A stretch of DNA of 64,000 nt from an uncultured virus (IMG/VR IMGVR_UViG_3300029705_003980) (IMGVR_UViG_3300029705_003980), one strand, 5' to 3'. Positions 27,821-37,724 are shown, numbered from the stretch's first letter. Translations and numbers: made by a program. The notes: generated by a model not told the origin, from the letters alone.

Positions 27821-27846
27821 CCTATTTTTACAAAAGGAGGAATTTT

Positions 27847-28149
27847 ATGAAGCAAGGCACAACCCCTACACATACATTTCATCTTCCTTTTGCTTCAAGC
27901 AATATAAAGGCTTTGGAAATCACTTATGCACAGCACGATACTATTCTTTTTACTAAAGAAATGAAGGACTGTATCCTCGAAGGTGATATTATCGCAGTTG
28001 AACTTTCGCAAGAGGAAACTTTTAGATTTGATTTCACTACTCCGATACAAATGCAGCTTCGTGTTTTAACCATAACAAATCAGGCATATGCAACTGACAT
28101 CCTTCTCACGAACATTTCAAAAAGCCTTAGTAAGGAGGTCTTGGTATGA
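27847..28149 (+). CDS. Phage structural-type protein (resembles BppU-like N-terminal domains)
   Basis: GTTPTHTF...ITYAQ...LSQEETFRF...QLR pattern. Confidence 0.55.
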   Translation: MKQGTTPTHTFHLPFASSNIKALEITYAQHDTILFTKEMKDCILEGDIIAVELSQEETFRFDFTTPIQMQLRVLTITNQAYATDILLTNISKSLSKEVLV

Positions 28150-29378
28150 GTGAAATAGAAGTTGATTTTTCCGAAAACGAACAAAAAATAGAGACCAACT
28201 TCACCGATGGCACACGCTGCCTTAATGGTAAGTCTGCATATGAAATTGCTGTGCTGAATGGCTTTGAAGGAACTGAATCCGAGTGGCTTGAGAGCTTGAA
28301 AGGAAAAGACGGAATTGATGGTATAGATGGTATTCAGGGTATTCCGGGACTTGATGGAAAACACGCATATGTATTTACTACGGCAGGTTCAGGGTCATCT
28401 TTTACCGCTACTATACCTGACTACACAGAATACACCGCCGGTGATTTATTTGTAATGATACCCCACACAGCAGGAACAAGCTCCTCACCCAAGCTCAACA
28501 TCAACAACCTCGGAGCTTATTCAATTCAAAGACGAGCCTATAATTCAACAATAAAGTCATTAAGAGCTTCCGGCTGTATTGCTAAAGGCATCCCGGAATT
28601 GCTTGTTTTTACAGGCAGTTATTTTGTTGCTTTGTCGCAATTTCAACCTTATGGTGGCTCGGATTTTTACACTACCATTGCCGTTTCAAAAGGTGGAACG
28701 GGAAAAACTTCGTGGAGTTCAAACAGATTGGTTTATGCTTCGAGTACATATACTCTTTCACAGATATACCCGCCATCAGCAGAATGTGTTTTAATGCAAA
28801 AATCAAGCGGAGCTCCATATTGGACACCAATAAACCAATTGACTCCCGGAATGATGGCTTTCAAAGGAAAGCATATCGACACAACCTCGCTTCCCTCATT
28901 ACGAAGAGGCGATGTATATAAATTCGTAAACGATGTAACTGTTGAGAGTACAAACGAAATAACTGAAATCACCTACTGCATGGACTCAGATACTTCTTTT
29001 TATATGTACCAATGGGGCATAGAAATGTATAGTTCTGCAAGTGATATTTGCTTCACAGAACTTTCAAAAATTCTACCAAGCGAATACATCAACACCTATT
29101 GTGAAACACCATTTACTTTTGTTTTAATTCCAAAATCAAACGAAGCGAATGCAACCCCGTATGTCTTTCATTGCAGACAAGGATATAGCTACTATTACGA
29201 GTTTGAAGATGGAACTGGATATTACTATTCCTATTTTGATGGTTCTTGGGAAGGAGACATTTATCCCGATGACTACTACATAGCTACAGGGCAATACATC
29301 ACTTTTCGTGTTCCCACAGGAAATTATCCTGCCGGGACTTATGTGTGTACAGGAGCAGATTGGGAAAGCCTGATATAA
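28146..29378 (+). CDS. Fibre-like protein with a short collagen-like segment
   Basis: GKSAYEIAV.NGFEGTE.EWL.SLKG, G-X-Y repeats, LNINNLGA, V.KGGTG. Confidence 0.7.
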   Translation: MSEIEVDFSENEQKIETNFTDGTRCLNGKSAYEIAVLNGFEGTESEWLESLKGKDGIDGIDGIQGIPGLDGKHAYVFTTAGSGSSFTATIPDYTEYTAGDLFVMIPHTAGTSSSPKLNINNLGAYSIQRRAYNSTIKSLRASGCIAKGIPELLVFTGSYFVALSQFQPYGGSDFYTTIAVSKGGTGKTSWSSNRLVYASSTYTLSQIYPPSAECVLMQKSSGAPYWTPINQLTPGMMAFKGKHIDTTSLPSLRRGDVYKFVNDVTVESTNEITEITYCMDSDTSFYMYQWGIEMYSSASDICFTELSKILPSEYINTYCETPFTFVLIPKSNEANATPYVFHCRQGYSYYYEFEDGTGYYYSYFDGSWEGDIYPDDYYIATGQYITFRVPTGNYPAGTYVCTGADWESLI

Positions 29379-29390
29379 CAACTCAAGGAG

Positions 29391-31001
29391 GTGTTCAAAA
29401 CGAGAAAACTAAAAAAATATACCCCTACGAAGTTTATGGCAAAGGACTCCTCCTATAATAAGGATGCGGCTGATTATGCCGTAAACTTCATTGAATGCCT
29501 ATGTCATACAAAAGGCACATGGGCAAGAAAGCCTTTTGAACTTATAGACTGGCAAGAGCAGATTATCCGAGACATTTTCGGAACGCTTAAACCTAATGGT
29601 TACAGGCAGTTTAATACAGCTTACATAGAAATACCAAAGAAGCAAGGAAAGTCGGAGCTTGCCGCCGCTGTTGCACTTCTTCTCACTTGCGGTGACGGTG
29701 AAGAACGCGCCGAGGTTTACGGCTGTGCTGCCGACCGACAGCAAGCATCCATTGTTTTTAATGTTGCAGCGGATATGGTTCGTATGTGTCCGGCTCTTTC
29801 AAAGAGAGTAAAAATCCTTGATTCACAGAAAAGGCTTATATTTCTTCCGACAGGAAGCATCTATCAAGTGCTGTCTGCCGACGTTGGAAACAAGCACGGA
29901 TTCAACACCCACGGAGTTGTATTCGATGAGCTTCACACCCAACCGAACAGAAAACTTTTTGATGTTATGACAAAGGGTTCAGGTGATGCTCGAATGCAAC
30001 CGCTATATTTCCTGATCACCACAGCGGGAAACGATACGAAATCTATATGCTATGAAATACACCAAAAGGCAAAGGACATCATTGAGGGCAGAAAGATTGA
30101 CCACACATTCTATCCCGTCATTTACGGAGCTGATGAAGCAGACGATTGGACAGACCCAAAGGTGTGGAAAAAAGCAAACCCTTCTCTTGGCATTACAGTT
30201 GCAATTGATAAGGTAAAAGATGCCTGCGAATCCGCAAAGCAGAACCCCGGCGAAGAAAACTCGTTCAGACAGCTTCGTCTCAATCAATGGGTCAAGCAAG
30301 CGGTGCGTTGGATGCCGATGGACAAATGGGATAAGTGTGCTTTTGCAGTAAATGAGGATGACCTCGAAGGCAGAGTTTGCTATGGCGGACTTGACCTTTC
30401 ATCCACAACTGACATCACGGCATTTGTGCTTGTGTTTCCTCCCATCGATGAGGATGACAAGTTTGTGGTTTTACCATACTTTTGGATTCCAGAGGACAAC
30501 CTTGACCTTCGTGTTCGGCGAGACCACGTTCCATACGATGTATGGGAACGGCAAGGATACCTTCAAACCACCGAAGGTAATGTTGTTCATTACGGATACA
30601 TAGAACAGTTTATAGAACGGCTCGGTGAAAGATTTAATATCCGTGAGATTGCCTTTGACCGTTGGGGTGCAGTACAGATGGTTCAGAACCTTGAGGGAAT
30701 GGGATTCACAGTAGTTCCTTTCGGACAAGGTTTCAAAGATATGTCACCGCCTACAAAAGAGCTGATGAAGCTCGTGCTTGAAGAAAGAATCGCACACGGA
30801 GGACATCCCGTTCTTCACTGGATGATGGACAATATTTTTATACGAACAGACCCGGCAGGCAACATTAAGCCGGACAAAGAAAAATCAACAGAAAAAATCG
30901 ATGGTGCTGTTGCAACCATAATGGCTCTTGATAGAGCAATCCGCTGCGGAAATGATAGAACCGAAAGTGTCTATGATGAACGCGGCATTTTGTTTATATA
31001 G
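29391..31001 (+). CDS. terL: Terminase large subunit (start codon uncertain)
   Basis: IPKKQGKSE Walker A, FDELH, GGLDLS, KIDGAVA. Confidence 0.96.
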   Translation: MFKTRKLKKYTPTKFMAKDSSYNKDAADYAVNFIECLCHTKGTWARKPFELIDWQEQIIRDIFGTLKPNGYRQFNTAYIEIPKKQGKSELAAAVALLLTCGDGEERAEVYGCAADRQQASIVFNVAADMVRMCPALSKRVKILDSQKRLIFLPTGSIYQVLSADVGNKHGFNTHGVVFDELHTQPNRKLFDVMTKGSGDARMQPLYFLITTAGNDTKSICYEIHQKAKDIIEGRKIDHTFYPVIYGADEADDWTDPKVWKKANPSLGITVAIDKVKDACESAKQNPGEENSFRQLRLNQWVKQAVRWMPMDKWDKCAFAVNEDDLEGRVCYGGLDLSSTTDITAFVLVFPPIDEDDKFVVLPYFWIPEDNLDLRVRRDHVPYDVWERQGYLQTTEGNVVHYGYIEQFIERLGERFNIREIAFDRWGAVQMVQNLEGMGFTVVPFGQGFKDMSPPTKELMKLVLEERIAHGGHPVLHWMMDNIFIRTDPAGNIKPDKEKSTEKIDGAVATIMALDRAIRCGNDRTESVYDERGILFI

Positions 31002-31011
31002 GAGGGATGAA

Positions 31012-31785
31012 ATGGAAAAACAAGTAAAACATATAGTTTCCCTCTCCGGCGGCAAAGACTCAACTGCAATGCTTCTTCGTATGCTTGAAGAAGGAATGCC
31101 AGTTGACATTATTCTTTTCTGCGATACCGGGTTAGAGTTTGATGGAATGTATCGACATATTGATAAGTTGGAAAAGTATATCGGTATCCCCATTACCAGA
31201 CTTAAATCACCACAGCCATTTGAATACCTTTTCTTTGAGCATATGCCCAAGCGGAAGAACCCTGAACTCATAGGTCGCAAAGGTTACAGTTGGGGTGGTC
31301 CCCGAAACAGATGGTGTACGGCAATGTTAAAGACAAGAATTATAGACCGCTATCTTCGTGAACTGTCGAAAGAATATACCCTTAAACAGTACATCGGAAT
31401 TGCAGCAGATGAAGCACATCGTGTTCGTGATTTCAATTATCCGCTTGTTGATTGGGGGATGACCGAAGCCGACTGCCTTGCTTATTGCAAAGAACGTGGT
31501 TTTGATTGGGATGGGTTATACGACATTTTTCATCGTGTTTCTTGTTGGTGCTGTCCGTTACAGTCATACGATGAGCTTCGTAAGCTCCGCAGACATTTCC
31601 CGGAGCTTTGGGAAAGATTAAGATATATGGACAAAAACACATGGAGGAATTTTCTGAAAAATTACTCCGTGGAACAGCTCGAAGCAAGGTTTGCTTTCGA
31701 GGATGAATTAACAGAGCAAGGCTTGCCGATTAAAGGTAAAGCCTTTTTTAATGCTTTGAAAGAACGCTTGAAAGGAGTTGAATGA
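31012..31785 (+). CDS. PAPS-reductase-family (PP-loop) protein
   Basis: SLSGGKDSTA, DTGLEF, RWCT, SCWCCP. Confidence 0.9.
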   Translation: MEKQVKHIVSLSGGKDSTAMLLRMLEEGMPVDIILFCDTGLEFDGMYRHIDKLEKYIGIPITRLKSPQPFEYLFFEHMPKRKNPELIGRKGYSWGGPRNRWCTAMLKTRIIDRYLRELSKEYTLKQYIGIAADEAHRVRDFNYPLVDWGMTEADCLAYCKERGFDWDGLYDIFHRVSCWCCPLQSYDELRKLRRHFPELWERLRYMDKNTWRNFLKNYSVEQLEARFAFEDELTEQGLPIKGKAFFNALKERLKGVE

Positions 31786-31786
31786 T

Positions 31787-33139
31787 ATGGGAATTTTACA
31801 AGGTCTGTTTCGCTCAAGGGATAAGCCTCAAAACAGAACTGTTGGTAGTGCTTATACTTTCTTTATGGGTGGCTCGACATCGGGTAAACCTGTAAACGAA
31901 AGGTCTGCAATGCAGATGACAGCGGTGTATTCTTGCGTGAGAATACTTGCAGAAGCAATCGCAGGTCTGCCACTCCACGTTTACAAATACAACGAAACGG
32001 GTGGAAAGGAAAAAGCTGTTGACCATCCGCTTTATCTTCTGCTCCACGATGAGCCGAACCCGGAAATGAGTTCTTTTGTATTTAGGGAAACTCTTATGAC
32101 ACACCTTCTGCTTTGGGGCAATGCATATGCACAAATTATCCGAAACGGCAAAGGTGAGGTCATCGCCTTATATCCTTTGATGCCTAACAAGATGACTGTG
32201 GACAGAGACGAAAACGGACAGCTTTATTATACCTACCTTCGTTCTACCGAAGAAGCCCATACAATGGAAGGCTCATCGGTAATTCTTAAACCTTGTGATG
32301 TGCTTCACATCCCCGGACTTGGCTTTGATGGACTTGTTGGTTATTCACCTATTGCAATGGCAAAGAATGCAATAGGTATGGCAATAGCCTGTGAAGAGTT
32401 CGGTGCCAAGTTCTTTGCTAATGGTGCAGCACCAAGTGGTGTGCTTGAACACCCCGGTACAATCAAAGACCCGTCAAGGGTTCGAGAGGCTTGGCAGAGT
32501 CAATTTGGTGGCTCATCCAACTCCGGCAAGGTTGCTGTTTTAGAGGAAGGAATGAAATATACACCAATTTCTATCTCTCCCGAGCAAGCACAATTCCTCG
32601 AAACAAGGAAATTCCAAATCAATGAAATTGCTCGAATTTTCAGAGTGCCTCCCCATATGGTTGGCGACCTTGAGAAGTCGAGCTTTTCTAATATAGAGCA
32701 ACAATCCCTTGAGTTTGTGAAATATACACTTGACCCGTGGATTATCCGTTGGGAGCAATCTATGGCAAGAGTACTTTTCTCAACCGATGAGAAAAAAGAA
32801 TATTTCATAAGTTTCAATCTTGAAGGTCTGCTGCGTGGTGATTACCAAAGCAGAATGAGTGGTTACTCCATTGCAAGACAGAATGGTTGGATGAGTGCAA
32901 ACGATATCCGTGAGCTTGAAAATCTTGACCGCATCCCTGCCGAGCAAGGCGGCGACCTTTATTTAATCAACGGCAGTATGCTTCCGCTTGGAAATGCGGG
33001 AGCTTTTGCAAATTTGAATTCAGAAAAGGAGGAAAACAACCAAGATGAAGAAGTTCTGGAACTGGACGAACAGCACGGAGACACAGACGAGGACACTTCA
33101 CCTCAACGGAACAATCGCCGAGGAAAGCTGGTTCGATGA
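31787..33139 (+). CDS. Portal protein (HK97 family)
   Basis: VYSCVRILAE, GLVGYSPI, EIARIFRVPP, SNIEQQ. Confidence 0.96.
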   Translation: MGILQGLFRSRDKPQNRTVGSAYTFFMGGSTSGKPVNERSAMQMTAVYSCVRILAEAIAGLPLHVYKYNETGGKEKAVDHPLYLLLHDEPNPEMSSFVFRETLMTHLLLWGNAYAQIIRNGKGEVIALYPLMPNKMTVDRDENGQLYYTYLRSTEEAHTMEGSSVILKPCDVLHIPGLGFDGLVGYSPIAMAKNAIGMAIACEEFGAKFFANGAAPSGVLEHPGTIKDPSRVREAWQSQFGGSSNSGKVAVLEEGMKYTPISISPEQAQFLETRKFQINEIARIFRVPPHMVGDLEKSSFSNIEQQSLEFVKYTLDPWIIRWEQSMARVLFSTDEKKEYFISFNLEGLLRGDYQSRMSGYSIARQNGWMSANDIRELENLDRIPAEQGGDLYLINGSMLPLGNAGAFANLNSEKEENNQDEEVLELDEQHGDTDEDTSPQRNNRRGKLVR

Positions 33140-33887
33140 CGATGTCACACCACAGCTTTTTAAGGATGAGTTGTATTCCGGGGATGGTGATGTTACTGTT
33201 TGGATTAACTCTCCGGGCGGTGACTGTGTTGCTGCAGCACAGATTTACAATATGCTAAAAGATTATAACGGAAATATCACCGTAAAAATTGATGGCATTG
33301 CAGCATCGGCAGCATCAGTTATTGCAATGGCAGGCACAACAGTTTTGATGTCTCCCGTTTCGATGCTTATGATTCACAACCCTGCAACTCTCGCTTTCGG
33401 TGATGCCGGGGATATGAAAAAAGCAATCGAAATGCTTAATGAGGTCAAAGAATCCATTATTAATGCTTATGAACTCAAGACAGGAATGTCAAGAGCAAAA
33501 ATATCGCACCTTATGGATTCCGAAACTTGGATGAATGCATATAAGGCAGTTGAGCTTGGCTTTGCTGATGACATCCTCTTTCGTAATGCTGACGAGGATA
33601 CAGATGACGATGACGAAGAAAAGCTCGAAATCGGAAAAGAAACCGAGGAAGAGCCGGAACCTCCCACTCCTGAAAAAGAGGATGACGAGGAAGATGAGGA
33701 AAAGAAAACACCACCGACTCCACCGACAAAGCAGAAGGCGGATGCGATGATGTTTTCTCGCAAAACTGCTGATAATGCCTTGATGACAAAAATCTCAAAG
33801 CATTATAAAGAGACCCCGGCAACACCTACAAACAAAGGTCGTTCCGTAAACGAACTTATGGAACGATTAAATCTTATGAAAAGATAA
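33045..33887 (+). CDS. ClpP-type prohead protease
   Basis: INSPGGD, AASAAS, MIHNP, ETWM. Confidence 0.94.
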   Translation: MKKFWNWTNSTETQTRTLHLNGTIAEESWFDDDVTPQLFKDELYSGDGDVTVWINSPGGDCVAAAQIYNMLKDYNGNITVKIDGIAASAASVIAMAGTTVLMSPVSMLMIHNPATLAFGDAGDMKKAIEMLNEVKESIINAYELKTGMSRAKISHLMDSETWMNAYKAVELGFADDILFRNADEDTDDDDEEKLEIGKETEEEPEPPTPEKEDDEEDEEKKTPPTPPTKQKADAMMFSRKTADNALMTKISKHYKETPATPTNKGRSVNELMERLNLMKR

Positions 33888-33907
33888 TTTTAAGGAGGAT
33901 TTATACT

Positions 33908-35116
33908 ATGAACATTATTGAAATGCGTAACAAAAGAGCAAAGGCATTTGAAGCGGCAAAAGCATTCTTGGAGGCACACGCTACTGACGGAATCCTTTCT
34001 GCTGAAGATAGTGCTACATACGATGACATGGAAAAGAGCATCAAAAAGTACGATGAAGCAATCGGCAGAATGGAAAGGCTCGAAGCAATGGATGCCCAGC
34101 TTTCAAAGCCTGTGTCTGCGCCTATTACCGAAAAGCCTGTAAAAGCTACCGAAGATGTCAAGACGGGTCGTTCTTCCGACGCATACAAAAATGCGTTCTG
34201 GAATCAGGCTCGTGCAAAAGGTGGTGTTTCTTATGAAGTAAGAAATGCTTTGCAGGAAGGCGTAGATACAGAAGGCGGATACCTTGTGCCGGATGAATTT
34301 GAAAAGACACTTGTTACATCTCTTCGCCAGAAGAATGTAATCCGTGACCATGCACATGTATTTACCACTAACAGCGGTTCACACAAAATTCCGATTGTAA
34401 CAACAAGAGGTACAGCTTCTTGGGTTGATGAGGAAGGTGCAATTCCCGAAGGTGACGATGTATTCGGTCAGCAGCAGATTGGTGCCCATAAGGTAGGCAC
34501 TTTGATTAAGGTTTCTGAAGAACTCCTTAACGATTCTGCATTTGACCTTGAGAGCTATTTTGCAACCGAGTTCACAAGACGAATCGGCGACAAGGAAGAA
34601 GAAGCATTCCTCGTGGGCGATGGTCAGGGCAAACCTCTCGGCATTCTTGCTGCAACAGGTGGTGCTGAAGTCGGTGTAACCGCTGCTTCTTCTACTGCTA
34701 TTACAGCAGACGAGATTATCAATCTGTTTTACAGCCTTGAAGCTCCGTATCGTAAAAATGCGATTTGGATTTTGAACGATTCAACTATTGCCGCAGTGAG
34801 AAAGCTCAAGGATACAACTGGACAGTATTTGTGGCAGCCTGCTCTCCACGAAGGCGGACACGAGACCTTGCTCGGCAAGAAAATCTACACCTCTCCCTTC
34901 GTTCCTGAACTTGCAGCCGGAGCAAAAACTGTGGCATTCGGTGATTTCAGTTTCTATTGGATTGGTGATAGACAGGGTGTAACCTTCCGCAGACTCAATG
35001 AGCGTTATGCTGATACAGGTCAGGTTGGTTTCCTTGCAACAAAGAGACTTGATGGCAAGTTGGTACTTCCCGAAGCAATCAAGGTTCTTCAGATGAAAGG
35101 TACAACTTCTGCCTAA
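33908..35116 (+). CDS. Major capsid protein (HK97 fold)
   Basis: EGGYLVPDEF, VSEELLNDS, GDG.GKPLGI, FGDF. Confidence 0.96.
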   Translation: MNIIEMRNKRAKAFEAAKAFLEAHATDGILSAEDSATYDDMEKSIKKYDEAIGRMERLEAMDAQLSKPVSAPITEKPVKATEDVKTGRSSDAYKNAFWNQARAKGGVSYEVRNALQEGVDTEGGYLVPDEFEKTLVTSLRQKNVIRDHAHVFTTNSGSHKIPIVTTRGTASWVDEEGAIPEGDDVFGQQQIGAHKVGTLIKVSEELLNDSAFDLESYFATEFTRRIGDKEEEAFLVGDGQGKPLGILAATGGAEVGVTAASSTAITADEIINLFYSLEAPYRKNAIWILNDSTIAAVRKLKDTTGQYLWQPALHEGGHETLLGKKIYTSPFVPELAAGAKTVAFGDFSFYWIGDRQGVTFRRLNERYADTGQVGFLATKRLDGKLVLPEAIKVLQMKGTTSA

Positions 35117-35138
35117 TTAACGAAAGCGAGGGTTGATA

Positions 35139-35450
35139 ATGAATAATCTGCTTACACGGCTGAAAGCCAATTTAATTATTGAACACACCGATGACGATGC
35201 TTTTTTGAAAAAGTTGTTGTCCGTGGCTGTGGCATACGCAGAGAGTTATCAGCACCTTCCAATGGGTACATATCAATCCTCAAATATGTCGGAAACCACC
35301 TATCAAGCCGTTATTATGCTTGCTTCTCATTTATATGAAAGCCGTGATGGTTCGACGGGTGGTTTCTTTGCAGACAATGTTCAAGCGAGTCAGCAGGTTT
35401 GGAATGTTGTAAATAGCCTGCTCCGCTTGGACAGAGATTGGAAGGTGTAA
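35139..35450 (+). CDS. Head-tail connector (gp6-like)
   Basis: LKANL.IEH.DDD, HLYESR; position after the capsid gene. Confidence 0.85.
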   Translation: MNNLLTRLKANLIIEHTDDDAFLKKLLSVAVAYAESYQHLPMGTYQSSNMSETTYQAVIMLASHLYESRDGSTGGFFADNVQASQQVWNVVNSLLRLDRDWKV

Positions 35451-35453
35451 GCT

Positions 35454-35786
35454 ATGAGCTTTGGCAAAATGAACACTTACATTAATTTCTTTTATAAAGC
35501 TCAAGCAAAAGATGACGAGGGTTTCAAACAGGAAACCGAGGTGTGGCTCAAAAGCATACGTGCATATCGTGAGGGTCGGCATGGAACTGAAAAATGGGCA
35601 AATCGTGCTGCCTTCACGGATGCAACAGACCTTTTCCGCATACGAAATGTTCCCGATTTTACACCTACTACCGATATGCTTATTGAGTATAAAGGAGAGA
35701 TGTTTGAGATTACTTCGGTCGAGGATGTGAAAGGTCGAGGTATGTATATAGAAATTCTCGCAAGGCAGGTGAAACCGAGTGGCTAA
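35454..35786 (+). CDS. Head-tail adaptor/closure protein
   Basis: Synteny; KDDEGF and FEITSVEDVKGR. Confidence 0.8.
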   Translation: MSFGKMNTYINFFYKAQAKDDEGFKQETEVWLKSIRAYREGRHGTEKWANRAAFTDATDLFRIRNVPDFTPTTDMLIEYKGEMFEITSVEDVKGRGMYIEILARQVKPSG

Positions 35787-36210
35787 ATGTACTGTTAAAC
35801 TGCCGGAGGAACTTCTCTCAAAACTCTCACGCCTCGGCACTCAAAGTGATGCGATTGCCGAACGTGTTTTGAAAGCCGGGAGTGATGTAGTTCTTGCAAA
35901 GGTGAAAAGCAATCTTTCTACCGTTATCGGAAGCGGAGTGAAATTCGATAAGCGTTCCACCGGAGAACTTGAGCGTTCTCTCGGTGTTACCCCGGTAAAG
36001 GTTGACAAGGAAGGCAATCACAATGTAAAGATAGGCTTTTCAGAACCCCGTTCCGATGGCGAGAGTAATGCTAAAATTGCAACCATTATTGAATATGGTA
36101 AATCGGGACAGCCTCCGAAACCTTTTTTGAAGCCTGCAAAGTCATCTTCCAAAGATGCCTGTGTGAGTGCTATGAAACGCAAACTTGAAGAAGAGGTGGG
36201 AAATTTATGA
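35779..36210 (+). CDS. HK97 gp10-like tail component
   Basis: STGELERS and EYGKSGQPPKPFLKPA. Confidence 0.85.
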   Translation: MAKCTVKLPEELLSKLSRLGTQSDAIAERVLKAGSDVVLAKVKSNLSTVIGSGVKFDKRSTGELERSLGVTPVKVDKEGNHNVKIGFSEPRSDGESNAKIATIIEYGKSGQPPKPFLKPAKSSSKDACVSAMKRKLEEEVGNL

Positions 36211-36548
36211 GCTTACTTTCGGAAATAACATCCATTGCAAGGAAACTAAATATATCAGCAGAAACGGGTGTGTTTTCCGGGACATCACCTGATCAGTATC
36301 TTGTAATTACACCCGTTTCCGATAATTTGACTCTTATGGCAGATAACGAACCTAATGCTGAAGTGCAAGAGGTTCGCCTTTCCATTTTTTGCAAAGGCAA
36401 TTATAACTCAATTAAAAATAGTTTGACCCGTGAAATCCTCAATGCTGATATAACTATTACAGACCGCAGATATATCGGACACGAGGATGACACGGGGTTT
36501 CACAATTACGCCATTGACGTGGCAAAATTATACGAATTGGAGGTATAG
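36207..36548 (+). CDS. Tail completion/terminator protein
   Basis: Synteny; 113 aa. Confidence 0.7.
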   Translation: MSLLSEITSIARKLNISAETGVFSGTSPDQYLVITPVSDNLTLMADNEPNAEVQEVRLSIFCKGNYNSIKNSLTREILNADITITDRRYIGHEDDTGFHNYAIDVAKLYELEV

Positions 36549-36552
36549 ATTT

Positions 36553-37134
36553 ATGGCAACAATCGGTCTTGACCAGCTTTATTATGCAACAATTACAGAA
36601 GATACTGAAGGCAATGAAACCTATGGTAAGCCTGTAAGACTTGCAAAGGCTATGACAGCAGAGCTTTCTGTTGAACTTGCTGAAGCAACACTTTATGCGG
36701 ATGATGGTGCTGCGGAGGTTGTAAAGGAATTTCAGTCCGGCACACTCTCACTTGGTGTGGATGACATTGGTTCAACTGTTGCAAGTGAACTGACAGGAGC
36801 AACAATTGACGAAAATATGGTGTTGATTTCAACGGCTGAAGATGGCGGTTCGCCTGTTGCTGTAGGTTTCCGTGCTAAAAAGGCAAACGGAAAATACAGA
36901 TATTTTTGGCTTTATAAAGTCAAGTTCGGTATTCCCGCAACAAGCCTTACTACAAAAGGTGAAAGCGTTGAATTTTCAACGCCTACAATTGAGGGTACTG
37001 TTATGAGAAGAAACAAAGTTGATGATTCCGGCAAGCATCCGTGGAAAGCTGAAGTAACCGAAGGTGATAATTCTCTTGCAACTGCAACAATAGAGAATTG
37101 GTTTTCTACTGTTTACGAACCATCTTATTCATAA
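36553..37134 (+). CDS. Major tail protein (phi13 family)
   Basis: IGLDQLYYA, LYADDG, YFWLYKVKF. Confidence 0.9.
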   Translation: MATIGLDQLYYATITEDTEGNETYGKPVRLAKAMTAELSVELAEATLYADDGAAEVVKEFQSGTLSLGVDDIGSTVASELTGATIDENMVLISTAEDGGSPVAVGFRAKKANGKYRYFWLYKVKFGIPATSLTTKGESVEFSTPTIEGTVMRRNKVDDSGKHPWKAEVTEGDNSLATATIENWFSTVYEPSYS

Positions 37135-37148
37135 GGAGGAACTGAAAA

Positions 37149-37535
37149 ATGAATGATAACGAAAGAACTGCAACAATTAAAATCGGTGATGAGGAATACA
37201 ACCTCATTCTGACCACAAAGGCTACAAAGGAAATCGCAGGACGATATGGTGGTTTGGAAAAGCTCGGCGATAAGCTGATGAAATCCGAGAACTTTGAAAT
37301 GGCTCTCGGTGAAATAGTGTGGCTTATTACTCTTCTTGCCAACCAGAGTATCCTTATTCATAATCTTAAGCACAAGGACGCACCGAGAGAGCTTCTCACG
37401 GAAGATGTGGTTGAACTTCTGACAAATCCCCTTGATTTGGGTGAATACAAAGAAGCAATCACCGAAGCTATGTATAAAGGTACAAAGCGTAATGTAGAAA
37501 GCGAAGCCGACACAAAAAACGCACAAGTCGAGTAA
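37149..37535 (+). CDS. Tail assembly chaperone (gpG-like)
   Basis: Lies between the major tail and tape measure genes; ends with a slippery A AAA AAC. Confidence 0.85.
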   Translation: MNDNERTATIKIGDEEYNLILTTKATKEIAGRYGGLEKLGDKLMKSENFEMALGEIVWLITLLANQSILIHNLKHKDAPRELLTEDVVELLTNPLDLGEYKEAITEAMYKGTKRNVESEADTKNAQVE

Positions 37536-37723
37536 GTGACGAAGAGTTATTTACTCGGCTTTTATATTACGGATTGGCACATCTTCATCTTTCCTATGAT
37601 GAGGTGTGCCTTATGCCTTTTGGTCTGCTTCTTGACCTTTGGGAATGTCACAAACAATATAACGGCATAGCAAAGCCGAAGCAAGAAACATTCATTGATG
37701 ACATTATTCCTTATGGAATATAA
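37514..37723 (+). CDS. -1 frameshift extension of the tail chaperone (gpGT-like), absent from the ORF track
   Basis: Heptamer at 37514-37520; -1 frame open to TAA 37723 (SDEELFTRLLYYG...DDIIPYGI). Confidence 0.85.
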   Translation, partial: KKRTSRVSDEELFTRLLYYGLAHLHLSYDEVCLMPFGLLLDLWECHKQYNGIAKPKQETFIDDIIPYGI

Positions 37724-37724
37724 T

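Noticed and set aside
31012..31785. Dnd phosphorothioation system
   Set aside because: No dndA, dndD or dndE, or ssp partners, in the window
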